This document shows positions 25,043 to 39,600 of a DNA stretch of 54,297 bases, in pieces. The notes under the pieces were generated by a model. It ran no database searches and was not told where the DNA came from. It saw only the letters and a list, made by a program, of their open reading frames with translations. The stretch's first letter is position 1, and each line of letters begins with the position of its first letter. Location: positions 50,331,933-50,386,229 of the forward strand of contig NC_068992.1 in assembly GCF_001194135.2 (NCBI RefSeq). Direction: 5' to 3'. Source of the DNA: Octopus bimaculoides (Eukaryota). Made by a program: the position numbers and the translations under genes.

Positions 25043-26297
25043 ATTGCTGCTTCTGCTGCTGCTGCAATGTCATTTTGCAAACCATATTTCTACGTAATTC
25101 GAATATTTGTATATTTTATTGATGGAACGGAGGATTGTCAATATTAATCAATTTTAGTATTGATCTGCGGCTGTGAGAATAGTATTAAAAAAAAAAACAA
25201 CAAATAAATATTAAAAAAAAAATGAAGCGAATTTACGAGTTAAAAGAGGTGGAGTTGGTTTTAAGAGCTGTTTCACAGAAATAAATTTTAGGAATGAATT
25301 TAAATATTTACAAATGCCTTTAGGTAGTGTAAGCTTAGGTCCAGATGGAATTTTAATAAGTGATGATTAGGTTTTTCATTTTGATTAATTTTATGGAAAT
25401 GATGTACAATTTAATGTATAACAGTAATAAAACAGGTAAAAACAAACAGAAAAACAAAATAATAAACATATACGTTGTTTGAAATTAAGAGCTGCAAGTC
25501 TGTGAAGAGACAGATTTTCATGAATATTAAAGTATGAATAGGGTGTCGTTAGAGTTTTCACGAACGGCATCGTAGGTATGTAAGTGTGGGAACATGTAAC
25601 ATTAGGTAAATAAATTCAATACAGACGGATGACTCCCGTTGACATGTTATTCTCGTATAAATATGAAATCTGTATATTACAATAGCCGATATAAATGCTG
25701 GTTGGTTGGCTGGTTGATTGATTGCTTATTCCAGTTAGGCTTTACATTATATAGAAATAGGGATAGGTAGATAGATAGATAGATAGACAGATAGATAGAG
25801 ATAGATAGGGAGAATAAAAGAGAAATGCAGAGAGAAAGAGAGAGAGAGAGAGAGTTGACACAAGAGGTGTACGATGAATGCACATATGAGGCATGGTGGC
25901 AGACAAAGAGTAAAAGAACGCTACACACGCACTGAGAATGAAAAAAATCAGACACATTAGAGGAGGAAGAGGAGAGGCAAGTGAGGTGGGGCATATGACA
26001 GAGTTGCTATGGAAGGAGTTCAATTTTTACAGAATGAGTTTTTCGGTGGTGGATTTTGCGATACTGTTGACAATATTTAGAAAACAAATCATTTTAAATA
26101 CACATATGAGAAATTCATTTCATTTAATTTTATTTCAAATTAATAAGGATTTGTATTAATTTCATTATTTTGTATAAGCATTATCTACAGTGGCAAAAGT
26201 ATACTTTCAGAGTTACCCATTATTTGACCAGTAAGACTTTAGTTTTAATCATGAATTTTTTAACTTTTCTGTCTATGAATAAAATATTCTGTATTAC

Positions 26298-26468
26298 CGG
26301 GAAGCGACAAAGTCTAATACAATTACAACGTCTCTGGAGAGATAATTCCCTGTCAATAGATTAGACTCATTATCCGAGGTTGAATATCTATCAGATACAT
26401 TTTCTCGGAAACAAATTCTTGTTGCAACTATAAAATCATTGCATTTATAATTTTCCTTTACATAGCAG
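26298..26468 (-). CDS. Candidate internal coding exon, product unknown
   Basis: tttcacatag acceptor and CG|gtaata donor; one open frame, CYVKENYKCNDFIVATRICFRENVSDRYSTSDNESNLLTGNYLSRDVVIVLDFVASR. An alternative acceptor lies at 26427. Confidence 0.2.
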
Positions 26469-26889
26469 CTATGTGAAATAGTTCAGTTATTCAACTATTC
26501 AGTTATCAGACAAACTCAGTCTTTTCTTATCGATCCATATTGCAAAAGAAATTAGATAGATATGTCTTCTGCTATTATTGATAATCAAGCATTTCTATTC
26601 ATCACGTGAAATGTTATACGTGAAATATTGTATGTAATTGAGAAAACCACATTTTATTTACAGATAAAACGTTAAAGCATTCAATTAACCGCACCTTGCT
26701 CTGCCAGTTTCGATTGTAGATTTTAATAATAACAGTTATTCTTTTATATTATCTAAAATAGCAGAAATAAAGAATTAGTCAAAATATCTGGCAAACAGTT
26801 TTGTATTACGGCCTACGCCTCCACCTTCAGTATTCTGGATCCTTTTGGGTTACTTTAATGGTTTTTCAATTCACATTAATGGAAGTTAC

Positions 26890-26924
<35 letters not shown>

Positions 26925-26944
26925 CACACACACATACACACACG

Positions 26945-26976
<32 letters not shown>

Positions 26977-28108
26977 CACACNNNNNNNNNNNNNNNNNNN
27001 NNNNNNNNNNNNNNNNNNNNNNNNNNNNNNNNNNNNNNNNNNNNNNNNNNNNNNNNNNNNNNNNNNNNNNNNNNNNNNNNNNNNNNNNNNNNNNNNNNNN
27101 NNNNNNNNNNNNNNNNNNNNNNNNNNNNNNNNNNNNNNNNNNNNNNNNNNNNNNNNNNNNNNNNNNNNNNNNNNNNNNNNNNNNNNNNNNNNNNNNNNNN
27201 NNNNNNNNNNNNNNNNNNNNNNNNNNNNNNNNNNNNNNNNNNNNNNNNNNNNNNNNNNNNNNNNNNNNNNNNNNNNNNNNNNNNNNNNNNNNNNNNNNNN
27301 NNNNNNNNNNNNNNNNNNNNNNNNNNNNNNNNNNNNNNNNNNNNNNNNNNNNNNNNNNNNNNNNNNNNNNNNNNNNNNNNNNNNNNNNNNNNNNNNNNNN
27401 NNNNNNNNNNNNNNNNNNNNNNNNNNNNNNNNNNNNNNNNNNNNNNNNNNNNNNNNNNNNNNNNNNNNNNNNNNNNNNNNNNNNNNNNNNNNNNNNNNNN
27501 NNNNNNNNNNNNNNNNNNNNNNNNNNNNNNNNNNNNNNNNNNNNNNNNNNNNNNNNNNNNNNNNNNNNNNNNNNNNNNNNNNNNNNNNNNNNNNNNNNNN
27601 NNNNNNNNNNNNNNNNNNNNNNNNNNNNNNNNNNNNNNNNNNNNNNNNNNNNNNNNNNNNNNNNNNNNNNNNNNNNNNNNNNNNNNNNNNNNNNNNNNNN
27701 NNNNNNNNNNNNNNNNNNNNNNNNNNNNNNNNNNNNNNNNNNNNNNNNNNNNNNNNNNNNNNNNNNNNNNNNNNNNNNNNNNNNNNNNNNNNNNNNNNNN
27801 NNNNNNNNNNNNNNNNNTATATGCATGTGTGAGTATGTGTGTCTGTATGTTAATGTGTGTGAGTGTATGTAATTAACATTTAATAATAGATATGTTGATA
27901 ATTCTAAGATAATATAGTCGCACATATCGCTATATATGGGATATATTTTGGAAAATCAACGTAAGAAACACCAACAGAAATATTAATATCAAAGCACAAA
28001 TAACAGAATATTTCATGAGCGTATGAGTGTGACTTCCATCCTCATTATAATCTACCATTGGACCAGTCTTCTGTTACTAAATTCTATTACTAATTTCTAC
28101 AGATTTAC

Positions 28109-28273
28109 TTTTTGTTTCTTGTTGACACCGGTCTTGTGAGTAGCAAGATTCTTTACAAGACGGCGATACGATGAAAGAGTCGTACTTTCATGCAGAAGAA
28201 TTTGTTCCATTTCGCAATATATCAGAAAGAACATAATGACATATAACGTCCATATTTTATGACTAAGTAATTG
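28109..28273 (-). CDS. Candidate 165-bp phase 0/0 exon; hydrophobic stretch plus a motif weakly like the alpha2delta/CACHD1 N-terminus
   Basis: Polypyrimidine tract plus tgcag acceptor and AAA|gtaaat donor; open frame QLLSHKIWTLYVIMFFLIYCEMEQILLHESTTLSSYRRLVKNLATHKTGVNKKQK; an upstream TTG|gtaagt donor at 28399 would give a 125-bp intron. Confidence 0.3.
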
Positions 28274-29669
28274 CTGCATTTCACATAAAAAATGGGAGAG
28301 AGAAAAACCTAGAATTTCTTCGCTTTTATTATAAGTATTGTTACTTCTGTATATCTTTATTATTCTTAGACTTGTACACGCATCAAGACTGCACTTACCA
28401 AGTTCTGAAACCTATCTATTTTAGGTGTTTCCTTACCCAAATAGCTACGCTTTATATCAATTTAGGAAAACCTACCGTAAGTTTTAATACTGCATATATG
28501 TACTTCTTCAATACTGGTCCATAATTAGTAGACGTCATTAAATAACTTCAACAAAAGCCATTACTAATAATATTGGTCTGCAATTTGCTGCATTAAAATA
28601 CGACTATTATGTATTGCTAGTTAGAATCACTATGTATTACCATACATGTTACAAATAGCAGTTTCATTCGATATATATATGTATACACACACACACACAC
28701 ATATATATATGTATATATATATANNNNNNNNNNNNNNNNNNNNNNNNNNNNNNNNNNNNNNNNNNNNNNNNNNNNNNNNATATATATATGTATACACACA
28801 CACACACACATATATATATATATGTACATATGTGTGTATGTTTCTAAATGTGTGTGAGTGTATATGTATGTATGCATGTTTAAACGTAAATTTATGTAAA
28901 TTGTGGTAATTAACATGGAATTATTAAGATTTTGATAATTCTAAGAAAATACACATTTTTCAAGGACGGTGCATAATTCTGATACCTTTCAACTATGTCT
29001 TCTCACCATAAATTAGTCTTTAGAGAAAGGAAAGCAATTTTGCAAATTAAAAAATATCCTGTGGATTCATTCAAAATAGTTTCTCCTTATGTTAGTCTAA
29101 GAGAAATAAATGTTGCAAAACTGAGTGGTATTGTCCAAAGAGAAAAATCTGAAAATAGAAGTATCCTTAATGTATGAACAGAAAACAGAAAAATCCCTGT
29201 GAACTATAATAATTTCACTAGCAATGATGAAAGTGGACATAAATTATATAACCCACCAAATTATTGAGTAACATTCAAAGTAAGCAGGGTTATATAACAT
29301 AAGATATAACATAATGACGAAAACAGTTAAATCTCATGAGCTTCTTGCTAGTAATGAAAGAACTTAATCACACAGTCTGTACGTGTTTAATACCATAAAC
29401 ACTCATATATTTTCATAACATATTTAAATCACATAAAAGCATAAATATGGACATATATATACGCAACATACACAAACATAGAATACCCCCATATAATCAT
29501 GTATATAGAACTAATAAAAAAACACAGAAAGGTAAACCAAAAGGCACATGTATAATACACACATGAAACAAAATATATAAAGGTACGCAAATTACATACC
29601 AAACATAGATGTGTGTCGTATCCAAGAAATATACAGAAAGCAAAGGAGTGAAGTATAACGAAATACGAC

Positions 29670-29701
<32 letters not shown>

Positions 29702-29757
29702 TGTATGTATGAATGTATGTATGTATGTATGTATGTATGTATGCATATATATATATA

Positions 29758-29788
<31 letters not shown>

Positions 29789-30579
29789 GTATAACAGTCT
29801 TGAACATAAATCTATACAAAGTAAACACACACACATACCCAAACACAACCACACTCTCACACGCACACCACACGCACGCATCCACACACAGGCAACTCAC
29901 ATATATATTGAAGCACATCTAAATCACATAAACCAATGAAGTGAGTATACTACATAACATACGTAAAGTCATAAACCTGAAGATACATAACACATAAAGC
30001 GCTGAAAGTTATACTAAAATAAAGAGATATTCATAATACATACGGAGATGCACACACATATTCACATGTACAAACTCAGACATGTATAATATTCACGTGT
30101 GAACATCAATACAAGTGGCTAGCAATATTTTTCAAAATAAATTCATATAGTCCTAATGAATTCGTATAACTACTGTTAAATTATTTCACAAATAGTATGA
30201 AGATGCATCACACACACACACACACGCAGACGTACATGTGCACCCACTTGGATTTGAAAATTTGTGATTGTGTAAGTGTGAAATGTGTATAAGTATTTAT
30301 GTTGGGCGAAAGAAATGAAATCGAGTTCATAGAAAATAATGGCGAACTGCATTGTCACAACATATTCAATAGCAGTTTGTAAAAAAAAACAAAAAAACAA
30401 ACTGTTTGCCATGAGTGAAAATGTAACTTTCTGGTAGGATATTATCTATTTGTTTAGATTAATCTGTTTGTAGTTACCGGAAGTTTTAGAATTGAAAAGA
30501 TATGAAAGTAAATTTCCGAGAGATACGGTTCTGGAAAAGATAGATATTTAGTTTATAATTTGTATTGTAAGGAATAATG

Positions 30580-30780
30580 TGAAGGCTCAATGGTTAGAGC
30601 GTTGGGCTCACAATCGCCAGTTACTGAATTCAATTCCCGGACCGGTCTGTGTGTTGTGATCTTGAGCAAGACACTTTATTTCACAGTTCTATATTTAAGA
30701 GATGAAGAATTATGTACATTTACATTATTTACATTTGACGTATACCTGTCCTCATCTTGTTTGTTGTTAACACAACTTTC
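30580..30780 (+). mobile_element. SINE family C (tRNA head, CORE-like segment), internally deleted or truncated
   Basis: GGCTCAATGGTTAGAGCG...AATTCAATTCCCGGACCGG...TTGTGATCTTGAGCAAGACACTTTATTTCAC. Confidence 0.7.
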
Positions 30781-33209
30781 AATCCTAGAGAGCAGGTCAA
30801 ATATGATCAAAATATTCCTGTTGGTTTGGCTTCACAGTTCAGATCCACTTTAATTTACATTGTCTTTATGCAAGTACCAACATTTTGATTAACTGATCTT
30901 GCAAGGGTTACTAGCCTTGTCTGTTGTTTTTAGGTGTCATACACGCCTGAAAAGACTTTTTTTAAAATCAGTTGCTTAGATGTCTCAATGAATCGAGGTT
31001 TTACAGCGCGTTGTATTATATAGGTGAGATCCTACCATACTTGTATTTTGCAGATAGACTTCTCCGTCAGAAGAAGTTTTCATCAGCCATCTTATTGATA
31101 ATATCTAGGGTGCGAGTTATTGCTACTTATAGGATAATGTAACCGTCGGAGTGTACTAATTCACTCGTCCTTAAAGTTCAAGAAGCAATACGAAAATTTC
31201 CAGTCATATTCACTTGTTTGAGGAAGTCTGGAATACAATTGTTTCCAGTACAAAAATATTTTATATTACTGAGCTCTGAAGAATAAAAGGCAAAGTTGAT
31301 ATCAGCAGTTTTTGAATTCATATCGCAAGGAATTCCATTTTTACCACTTATTCAAAGAAGGAAGGCCAAGCCCAGGGACTGATTGGAAGAGAGAGGAAGG
31401 TATCCTCAAACCAAGGATCTGATCCGAGAGCTTACAACAAAGTGAAACCGCTAATGGAATCTAAGTACCAGGAAGTGTTAAACTGAGTTATAGATGAATC
31501 CAAGAACTCTGAATATCAAAAACTGGTATAAATATAGGAAAATGTGTCCTCAGACATTATAACAATACTGCCTGTCCACCACCTTAAACATGCAGCTTTT
31601 TACATTGACCCCAAAAGAATGAAGAACAACTTTGATTTGAGAGAATTTGAACTCGAAGTGCAGAGAACTGAAACAAATATTACTGATTCTAAAAATCCTT
31701 AGCGAAAGTATACACTAGGAACCATCATCTCATTGCTAAACAATTCACAGCATATAAGTTTTCATATCCATACTGTCACAAAACATCATTGAACAACCTA
31801 TGTAAATATAAACTTTTCTTTTTATTATTTTAAATCTTTTCCTTACTGGAGTTCGACTGCTTTATATTACCTAAAAAGCTGCAAGTCATTCTGATTTTTA
31901 AGAGTTGTTTCTACCCTTTTTCTCGATAATATTCCAATTTAGATCTATATTACCGTTGTTCTTTCCATTTCGTTTGCATGTATATAGTGTATATACCATG
32001 ATTTTGCTTATAGATTCCATGTAGGTGGTAAGTCCACGAGGAAAACGATTTTAGATATTTTCCTTGAATATGCAAAATATTATTGACAATTTACATTTAA
32101 TGTTATTCACAAAACGCACCACTGGCATTAATGGCGAAGAAAGTTTTACATTTTCTTCCTGCCTCAAGCAGTAACATTATGTCTTCTCATTGCTTAGGAA
32201 TCCAGAATTATTTCCATTCCATTAGAAATTTAAAATTAGATTAAAATGGAAAAATTCCTTTGTAATTGAAATTATTCCCCCTCCTACCAAAGAAATAAAA
32301 GACACAAAAGCAAAATAACGACAAGCAAAATAGAGGGAAAAAACAACAACCAAAAACGAAAGTATATAACAATATTTTTTAAAGAGACCATACAGGAAGA
32401 TTTGCCACCATTTTGACTACAACATTAACCAATCATGTACAATAAATTCCATTATATATNNNNNNNNNNNNNNNNNNNNNNNNNNNNNNNNNNNNNNNNN
32501 NNNNNNNNNNNNNNNNNNNNNNNNNNNNNNNNNNNNNNNNNNNNNNNNNNNNNNNNNNNNNNNNNNNNNNNNNNNNNNNNNNNNNNNNNNNNNNNNNNNN
32601 NNNNNNNNNNNNNNNNNNNNNNNNNNNNNNNNNNNNNNNNNNNNNNNNNNNNNNNNNNNNNNNNTATATGTATATGTATAGATACATAGTAAAATAAATA
32701 TTTATGTATATGTATATATACATATATGTATATATATATGTATGCATACATACACATTTACATATCTATCTCTGTATTATATGCACAGACAGGCAGACAC
32801 ACATGCATACACACACACATGTATATAAAGAAAGAATGAAGGCCATTAATTGTAGAAGCAGTTGTATTGATATTTTAGATTGTTATGCATCATTTTAGTA
32901 AAAATTACTTGTCGTATTGATTTATTTTCTTTGCAATAAGTGGTTCTTTCTTTTTGCTTTTTGAATTTTCCATAGATTTATGCAAATTTAGACATGTCGT
33001 AATATGAGAATTGAGAGTAAGTACGTTTGTACTCGGTTGCCTCTGCCCCCATCCTTTCATCTAAATATTCTGTTGTGATATGAGAATAGTTGAGAATAGA
33101 TGAGAATAAATGTGAATATATCTAAGAACAGACGAGAATAAATGAAAATATATGTGTTAAATGAAGATAAAGGTGAATTATCGAACAGACATAACAGTTT
33201 TTGTTGTGA

Positions 33210-33560
33210 GGTAGACTCAAAATGTTTCCCTGTTTAACACCCGACCTCTGGGACTTGTTACCTTCAGCAGAGTTGACACTGTTGCAAGTCGTTGAGCTTA
33301 AGTTGTGACCATTCTTCTCCGTATTAGGGAAGAAGACATTGCCTTGATGATGTTAAGGCTGCTCATCAGTCTCGATGAAGACCCCCAGAATACTAAAGCT
33401 GCAGTCATCCGTCGTTTTTGTAACATATTTTTAACATTAAAAAGAAAATATAGAAAGATGAATTTAATTTTGATGTGCATGCTGCTAAGAGCATGGTGGG
33501 GAGAGACAATGTAGAGGTAATAGACGATACCCATACCCTGGCAAATATGTAACAACACTG
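33210..33560 (-). mobile_element. CR1/L2-group LINE endonuclease relic
   Basis: Frameshifted FSILGVF (resembling ISILGDFN), LNDLQQ (LNDLEQLV) and NILSL (NILDLFLT) occur in order. Confidence 0.4.
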
Positions 33561-33819
33561 ACTGGCATTACCCTTTACCGGCAAACTTATAAAAAAATGC
33601 ACAAAGGAAAAGATAAAGATATTAATTCATAAACATGCAGTCAGCAATATCCAGCAAAACTCTTTGTTAATATAATCTCACTGCACCTCACATCCGACTA
33701 GATAAAAATTAAAAAGTAAATATTGGTATATGCAAGACTTGATTAGCCAAGCAGCGCAAATTAGAAGATTCTTATCAAAACTATTGAAATGGCTGCCAAT
33801 TAGGAAGTTACGTGTATAG

Positions 33820-33870
<51 letters not shown>

Positions 33871-33937
33871 GTATATATATATAGGGGAGGGGCATGTGTG
33901 TGTATATGCATGTGTATATATTTGTGTGAGCGTATTA

Positions 33938-33972
<35 letters not shown>

Positions 33973-36900
33973 AATATATATATATAAATATACATATACG
34001 TGCGTGTACACTCAAGCATATACATGTGTGAATGTGTGCGAATGGGCATGTATACATGTCATACACAATATGCATTTCGCTACTTCATTAATAAATATTA
34101 ATAGCACATAATTTTAGGCTAGTGTATTGAATTTGAGCTATTATGAAACTAGCATTGTACCTTCCATCCTCATCATTTCCTAATTAATCCATTATGCAGA
34201 CACTACAATTTGAACCATGAACCATGTAATTACTAACAGACCAATTTAACTAGGTAAGTTGTCATCAATGAGTAACAATCAGGTATCAGTACAATGGCCG
34301 TAGACAAATATATTTCTGTACATTATTTATAGAGAATATAATTTCACAAACCTCATTATGAAATCATCAACATTTGTATATAAAATCACTAGCCTGGAAT
34401 TTCATTGTTCAAGAAAATGTCAAAGGTCATTTTATTATACGAAGGGAAAACAGAGTGATTGCTAATGTCAGCTTTTGTGCGAATATAGATTATTGAACCA
34501 AAAATTTATGGCCATATTACGCAATGCTGTTTATAATTCGTTCTTTACACTAGCTTTTCAAGATGGACGTTTTAAATATTTCTAATACAAAAGCGGAAAT
34601 TAATGGAATCAAAACGATTTCAATTAAAAGAAAAATCAAGACAAAAAGATAACAAAGCCTTGGAGAAGATAAATAAGATGTCTTCTTGTTAAAAAAAGAG
34701 CAACTTTTTAGAAGGAGTGTGTATTAATGTAAAGGTTACATGAAGGGTGGTGACAATAAATGTTAATACAATTAAGGGAGAGAGCGAAATGTCAAACATA
34801 TTCTATAACTACCCGTTAAACTTCTTTTAGGGCTGACTGTACCGAATGCCATTTCAGTATTGGAAATTGTACTTGGATTAATAATGTCAGCAAAGTTAAA
34901 ATTAGTTAAAGTTTTCATGGAACTTAAATGTGTTAAAACAGATATAAATCATCAAGAACAGAGATCAAGATCAATAAAACAAGTTCTATAGAAATATAAG
35001 AGAAATGGCTTTAGTTTCTGGTTCACTACTCAATTAAATTACGTAAATTTTATGTCCTCAGCATGAAGACAGTAAATATAACTCGTGGACAGTTTCTGTT
35101 GCGAATTTCACCCATAGTTACCTCGCTAAGATAATGATTTAGCTCCCATTTCGCTGACACTAGAGGCATATCTCTTCCATTTTATATATCTTGTTTTCAA
35201 ACCTTTGCCTGTCTTGAGGACCAAAACAATTTACAATCAGTTAGATTATATATCATGCTTCACTTTGACAGCCACAAAAGCACTGTTGGACAACGCAACA
35301 CAAAGAAACAGTTTACAGTTATCATGTAAAACAGATCCGTCTCGAAAATCGAAACTACGAACTAAAAGTCTCATAGTTTTATGCTAACAATGAATGATTT
35401 CAGTATAGTTAAATTCTGACCTCTCATCCCTTAACTTTCCAATATTTGTATTCATTCAATATGTTTCAAGCCAAACTGCATTTTCTGTGGGCCATACACT
35501 ACGCTGACTACCAATGTAACTGTCTCATTTAATGTCAGTTTCTAAGAAACTAATATATCTTCATAATTTTTTTAATTAAATTTCAATCTTTTGAAATTTA
35601 TTCAAGGAATTTTATTAGTCAGAACATTCTTAATAGTTATTTTTAATTTTTTTTTGTCAACAAAAAGTTTAATAACTTCCCTTTAGCTCTAAGAACACGC
35701 AAATAATGGCTTGAACTCTGCTTTTGAAATTCCACATGGTAATAACAGGAATTTTCAGTGTCCTCATTGAAGTGACAGCTCACATCATGACAATATTCCA
35801 TATATGAAGAAATGTTCTGTATTTGTAGAAGCAGGCTGGTCGTTCTTTGATCTGACTACTTCCAAACGATCAACAATCTCTTTCTACTAAAATAATGGTC
35901 GGAAGAAAAACTTATGGATACCAGCTGCTTGAAAAATTAGTGGTAAAGTGCATGTTAACAAACAGGAGCTAATGAGCCAATGAATTTTAATTAACTATAA
36001 TTACAAACTTAGTGTTGAGAAAAATTCATTAAACGATTAAAATCCAGAAAAAAACAGTGACGGACTACAAAATGGTGAAGTGCCATATTTTCCTCATCGC
36101 TACTAGTTATGATGAGCATGTGGTTCAAACTTTCAATTTTTGGTGTTCGTTTCTAGATTTAATGGAGTATCCAAAAAAGTATAAACGCAATCTGAGTTAT
36201 GAATAAAGAAGAATGACAGCAGCTACGACCAATTTTCAATTCTTTGTACATAGATTAAATATTTTATTCCAAATCGCCGTATCAAAGTGACTTATCTTAA
36301 TTTTTTAGAAAACGATTACACAACTCTGTTCACAAAACGTTGTCTATACATACGGTGTTCATACATGCGCTGGTCATACATGCAAAACACTGTTTATACA
36401 TATAAAATACTCGAACTTATTTTACACTAGGGAGTAAAATTAACCGTGCCTATCCATTAGCAGCAGCACATATTAATTATCCTGTTTAGAATTAGAATTT
36501 ATAAACTGTCGTATACTTAGATGCTCTGCATCTCCCCTCCAGTTGATCAATACGTGCGGCCAACATAATAATACAATGTAAATATGATCTCCCCTGTCCC
36601 GTGCGAGCTTATATTTTCTGTAATTACGGTCTCTAATCAACTAGAGAAAGCAGTGGATACTGATGATGGCTTTAACAAAAACTAAAACCTATCGATCAGT
36701 CGACTTTAAAACTTTCTGTTTTCTCTTTTCACGACGAGACTTTATTACGTCTTGTCAAAATTGCTGAGTTTGTGTCTATAGTAGAAAGAGAAAGAGAAAG
36801 AAAAGAATGACAGAAACAGAGCAACAGTAAAAAGGATACAGGTATCTATCTATGCATAAACGATTGTCCATGTATAATTGATCCTAATTATATACGTATT

Positions 36901-37528
36901 TACTAACCAGAACTATAATTATATAAACTATATAATAATTATAAGCTTTATCGCACACACACACACGAGCGCGAGTGCACGCATACACATATTTAGAAAA
37001 ATATATGCACACATGTTTCTGGTCTGTAACGGGCGACTTCTCGCTCAAATCTATTTTGTAATGCCTATATAATATAGGATAAACAAGAAAATCCTGATGT
37101 CTCAAAGGTTGTTAACATATTTAAAAGCACTGCTAAGATAATTAGCCTAATTACTTCAAATATCAAATAAAGCTTACTTTTCTCAATATACATACATACA
37201 TATATTTATATTAAATATATATATATATATACATATATTTATATTATATATATATATATATATACATATATTTATATTATATATATATANNNNNNNNNNN
37301 NNNNNNNNNNNNNNNNNNNNNNNNNNNNNNNNNNNNNNNNNNNNNNNNNNNNNNNNNNNNNNNNNNNNNNNNNNNNNNNNNNNNNNNNNNNNNNNNNNNN
37401 NNNNNNNNNNNNNNNNNNNNNNNNNNNNNNNNNNNNNNNNNNNNNNNNNNNNNNNNNNNNNNNNNNNNNNNNNNNNTGTATATATATTCATGTATATTTG
37501 TATGTAGGTATGTAGGTATGTATGAGTT

Positions 37529-37575
<47 letters not shown>

Positions 37576-38829
37576 TTATATATCTTTAGAGCTTCGGGCA
37601 ATCTATCCGCATATTTTAAACATACACCAGAAGGACTGATAAGACCATGTAGTCATTAAATCAACTCACAGAGAAGGAAGAACTGAGATATAGCTATCTA
37701 ACCACAAGGAAATTGTAATTATCCAGTAATTATAAAGTAACTCATCATTAATTAATTAGAAATTGTTAATTGGCGTTGTTTTTAATATATGGTCTGTTGG
37801 GAAGATAGATGAAAATTATGTAAAGATAATTAAGATAAACAAGCTAGATTTTTACCTGTTTATTCCAATTAATTCTCCCTTCCCCACCCAAATTTAATTT
37901 CGAAATCTATTCCCAATATATGTACACAAACAAGTATAGACACAGATAGCCATAAAATCTCACATAAACACATACACTGAGCAATGGACATACGTACACA
38001 CACACGCACGCACACACACACACACACACACACAGACACAGACCAAACACACACGCGCACACACACATACACGCGCACACACACATACACACACAATCTA
38101 GACACATACACATACCAAATACACATACTCGCACACACAGACCAAACATACACACACGCGCACACACACACACACACACTAAGAGCGATACCGTTTTCGA
38201 CGTAACTCTAAATAGACACCCATAGAGCCAAATAATAAGAAAAGGTTATGTCATATAAAACAACACAAATAGACATACACAATCGTTGCAATATTTTCAC
38301 TGTATTTTCCTTTTTAATAAACAATAAAACGTCGACAGCGATTTTAAAACTTAAATAACATATAGAAAATTTCAATAGAGACTTAATCGAAATCAAAATA
38401 TAATATAGAAACTCGATACCCGTGAACACTGCGAAAATTTGTAAGAGGCCAGCTTGTAATTAATTTGGTTTCATTGCACTAAACTCACTCCAGGTTCTAT
38501 TCTTAATTCATATACGATTAGAAGCAGGAATGTTTTATATCTTACAAAGCAAATATGAACCAGGTTTAAGTATATATCCGAAAGGAGTACACACATTCTA
38601 AATGGTTAGAAAATGGTGTCGTTGTTTATTTTGCAAACAGCTGAAGTTGTAACATTTTAACAGCATGAATAACGTACTGTGTATTCTGAGACGTGGTGTG
38701 CTACTCCGGATTTAAATGCTGAAGTCAAGTTGTACATCAAAACCGGACCTCTACTAGTCCATCTGGAGACGTTGAGAGGCCAAGATAAGGTGAAACACAT
38801 AGTGCATATTTTGGTATTATTTCCACATA

Positions 38830-39070
38830 GCTGACGCCTCGATCGTCATCTTTTCATTGGTTCTCTTCAGTTCGTCATTATCCACCTTTGTTTCTGCTCG
38901 ACCGCGTTGCTCATTTGTGAGGTCAAAGGTACCAGAACGAAATTTTGTCTGCTGTGTAATAATATTAGAATGAAATACTCCATTAATATTCCCAGCTGTC
39001 TGAGATGCTGTATTTCCAAGAAAGAACTCATATTTGAAAACTGTACGAATTTCTGACTTATCCGTCTCTC
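38830..39070 (-). mobile_element. Older mariner transposase relic (N-terminal HTH)
   Basis: DKSEIRTVFKYEFFLGNTASQTAGNINGVF...KFRSGTFDLTNEQRGRAETKVDNDELK, homologous to the 12810-13441 copy. Confidence 0.85.
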
Positions 39071-39385
39071 AACAATAGTAGCAAAAAACGATTTATAAAT
39101 ACTTCATAAAGCGGAAAATGAGTTAGAATAAAAGAAATAGATGCGCTAGCTTTCTAACAAAAAATAAAGATTGTCAAATTATAATAATGGCGCAAAATGA
39201 GCAGCTGTCAGAGTTTACCATATACCTTACTACAAATTTCATACTTGACGAACTAATATTTGTTTGTCAGTTTGTGTGTTTATCTATCTATAGAAAACAG
39301 GCTCTTTGACAGAAAGGGATGAGAAAAAAAGGACGAAGAAAGAGAAAGGGAAGCAATGTGCCGGGATTAACGGTTTAACATGATG

Positions 39386-39421
<36 letters not shown>

Positions 39422-39454
39422 ACCCGTATAAGATGGCCAAATGTAAGAATCATT

Positions 39455-39600
39455 AGAGCGTTGAAGAGACTACATTGCAATAGATATTCCCTGCCCTTTC
39501 TGTGCTCGGAGTTCAAATCTACAGGAGGTCAACTTTGCCTTTCATCGTTTTTGTGTCAATTCTTGACGTAGCCGTTCGGTACTGGGTAGATTCTTTTTAT
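39455..39600 (+). mobile_element. SINE family D
   Basis: GGAGTTCAAATCTACAGGAGGTCAACTTTGCCTTTCATC. Confidence 0.65.
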
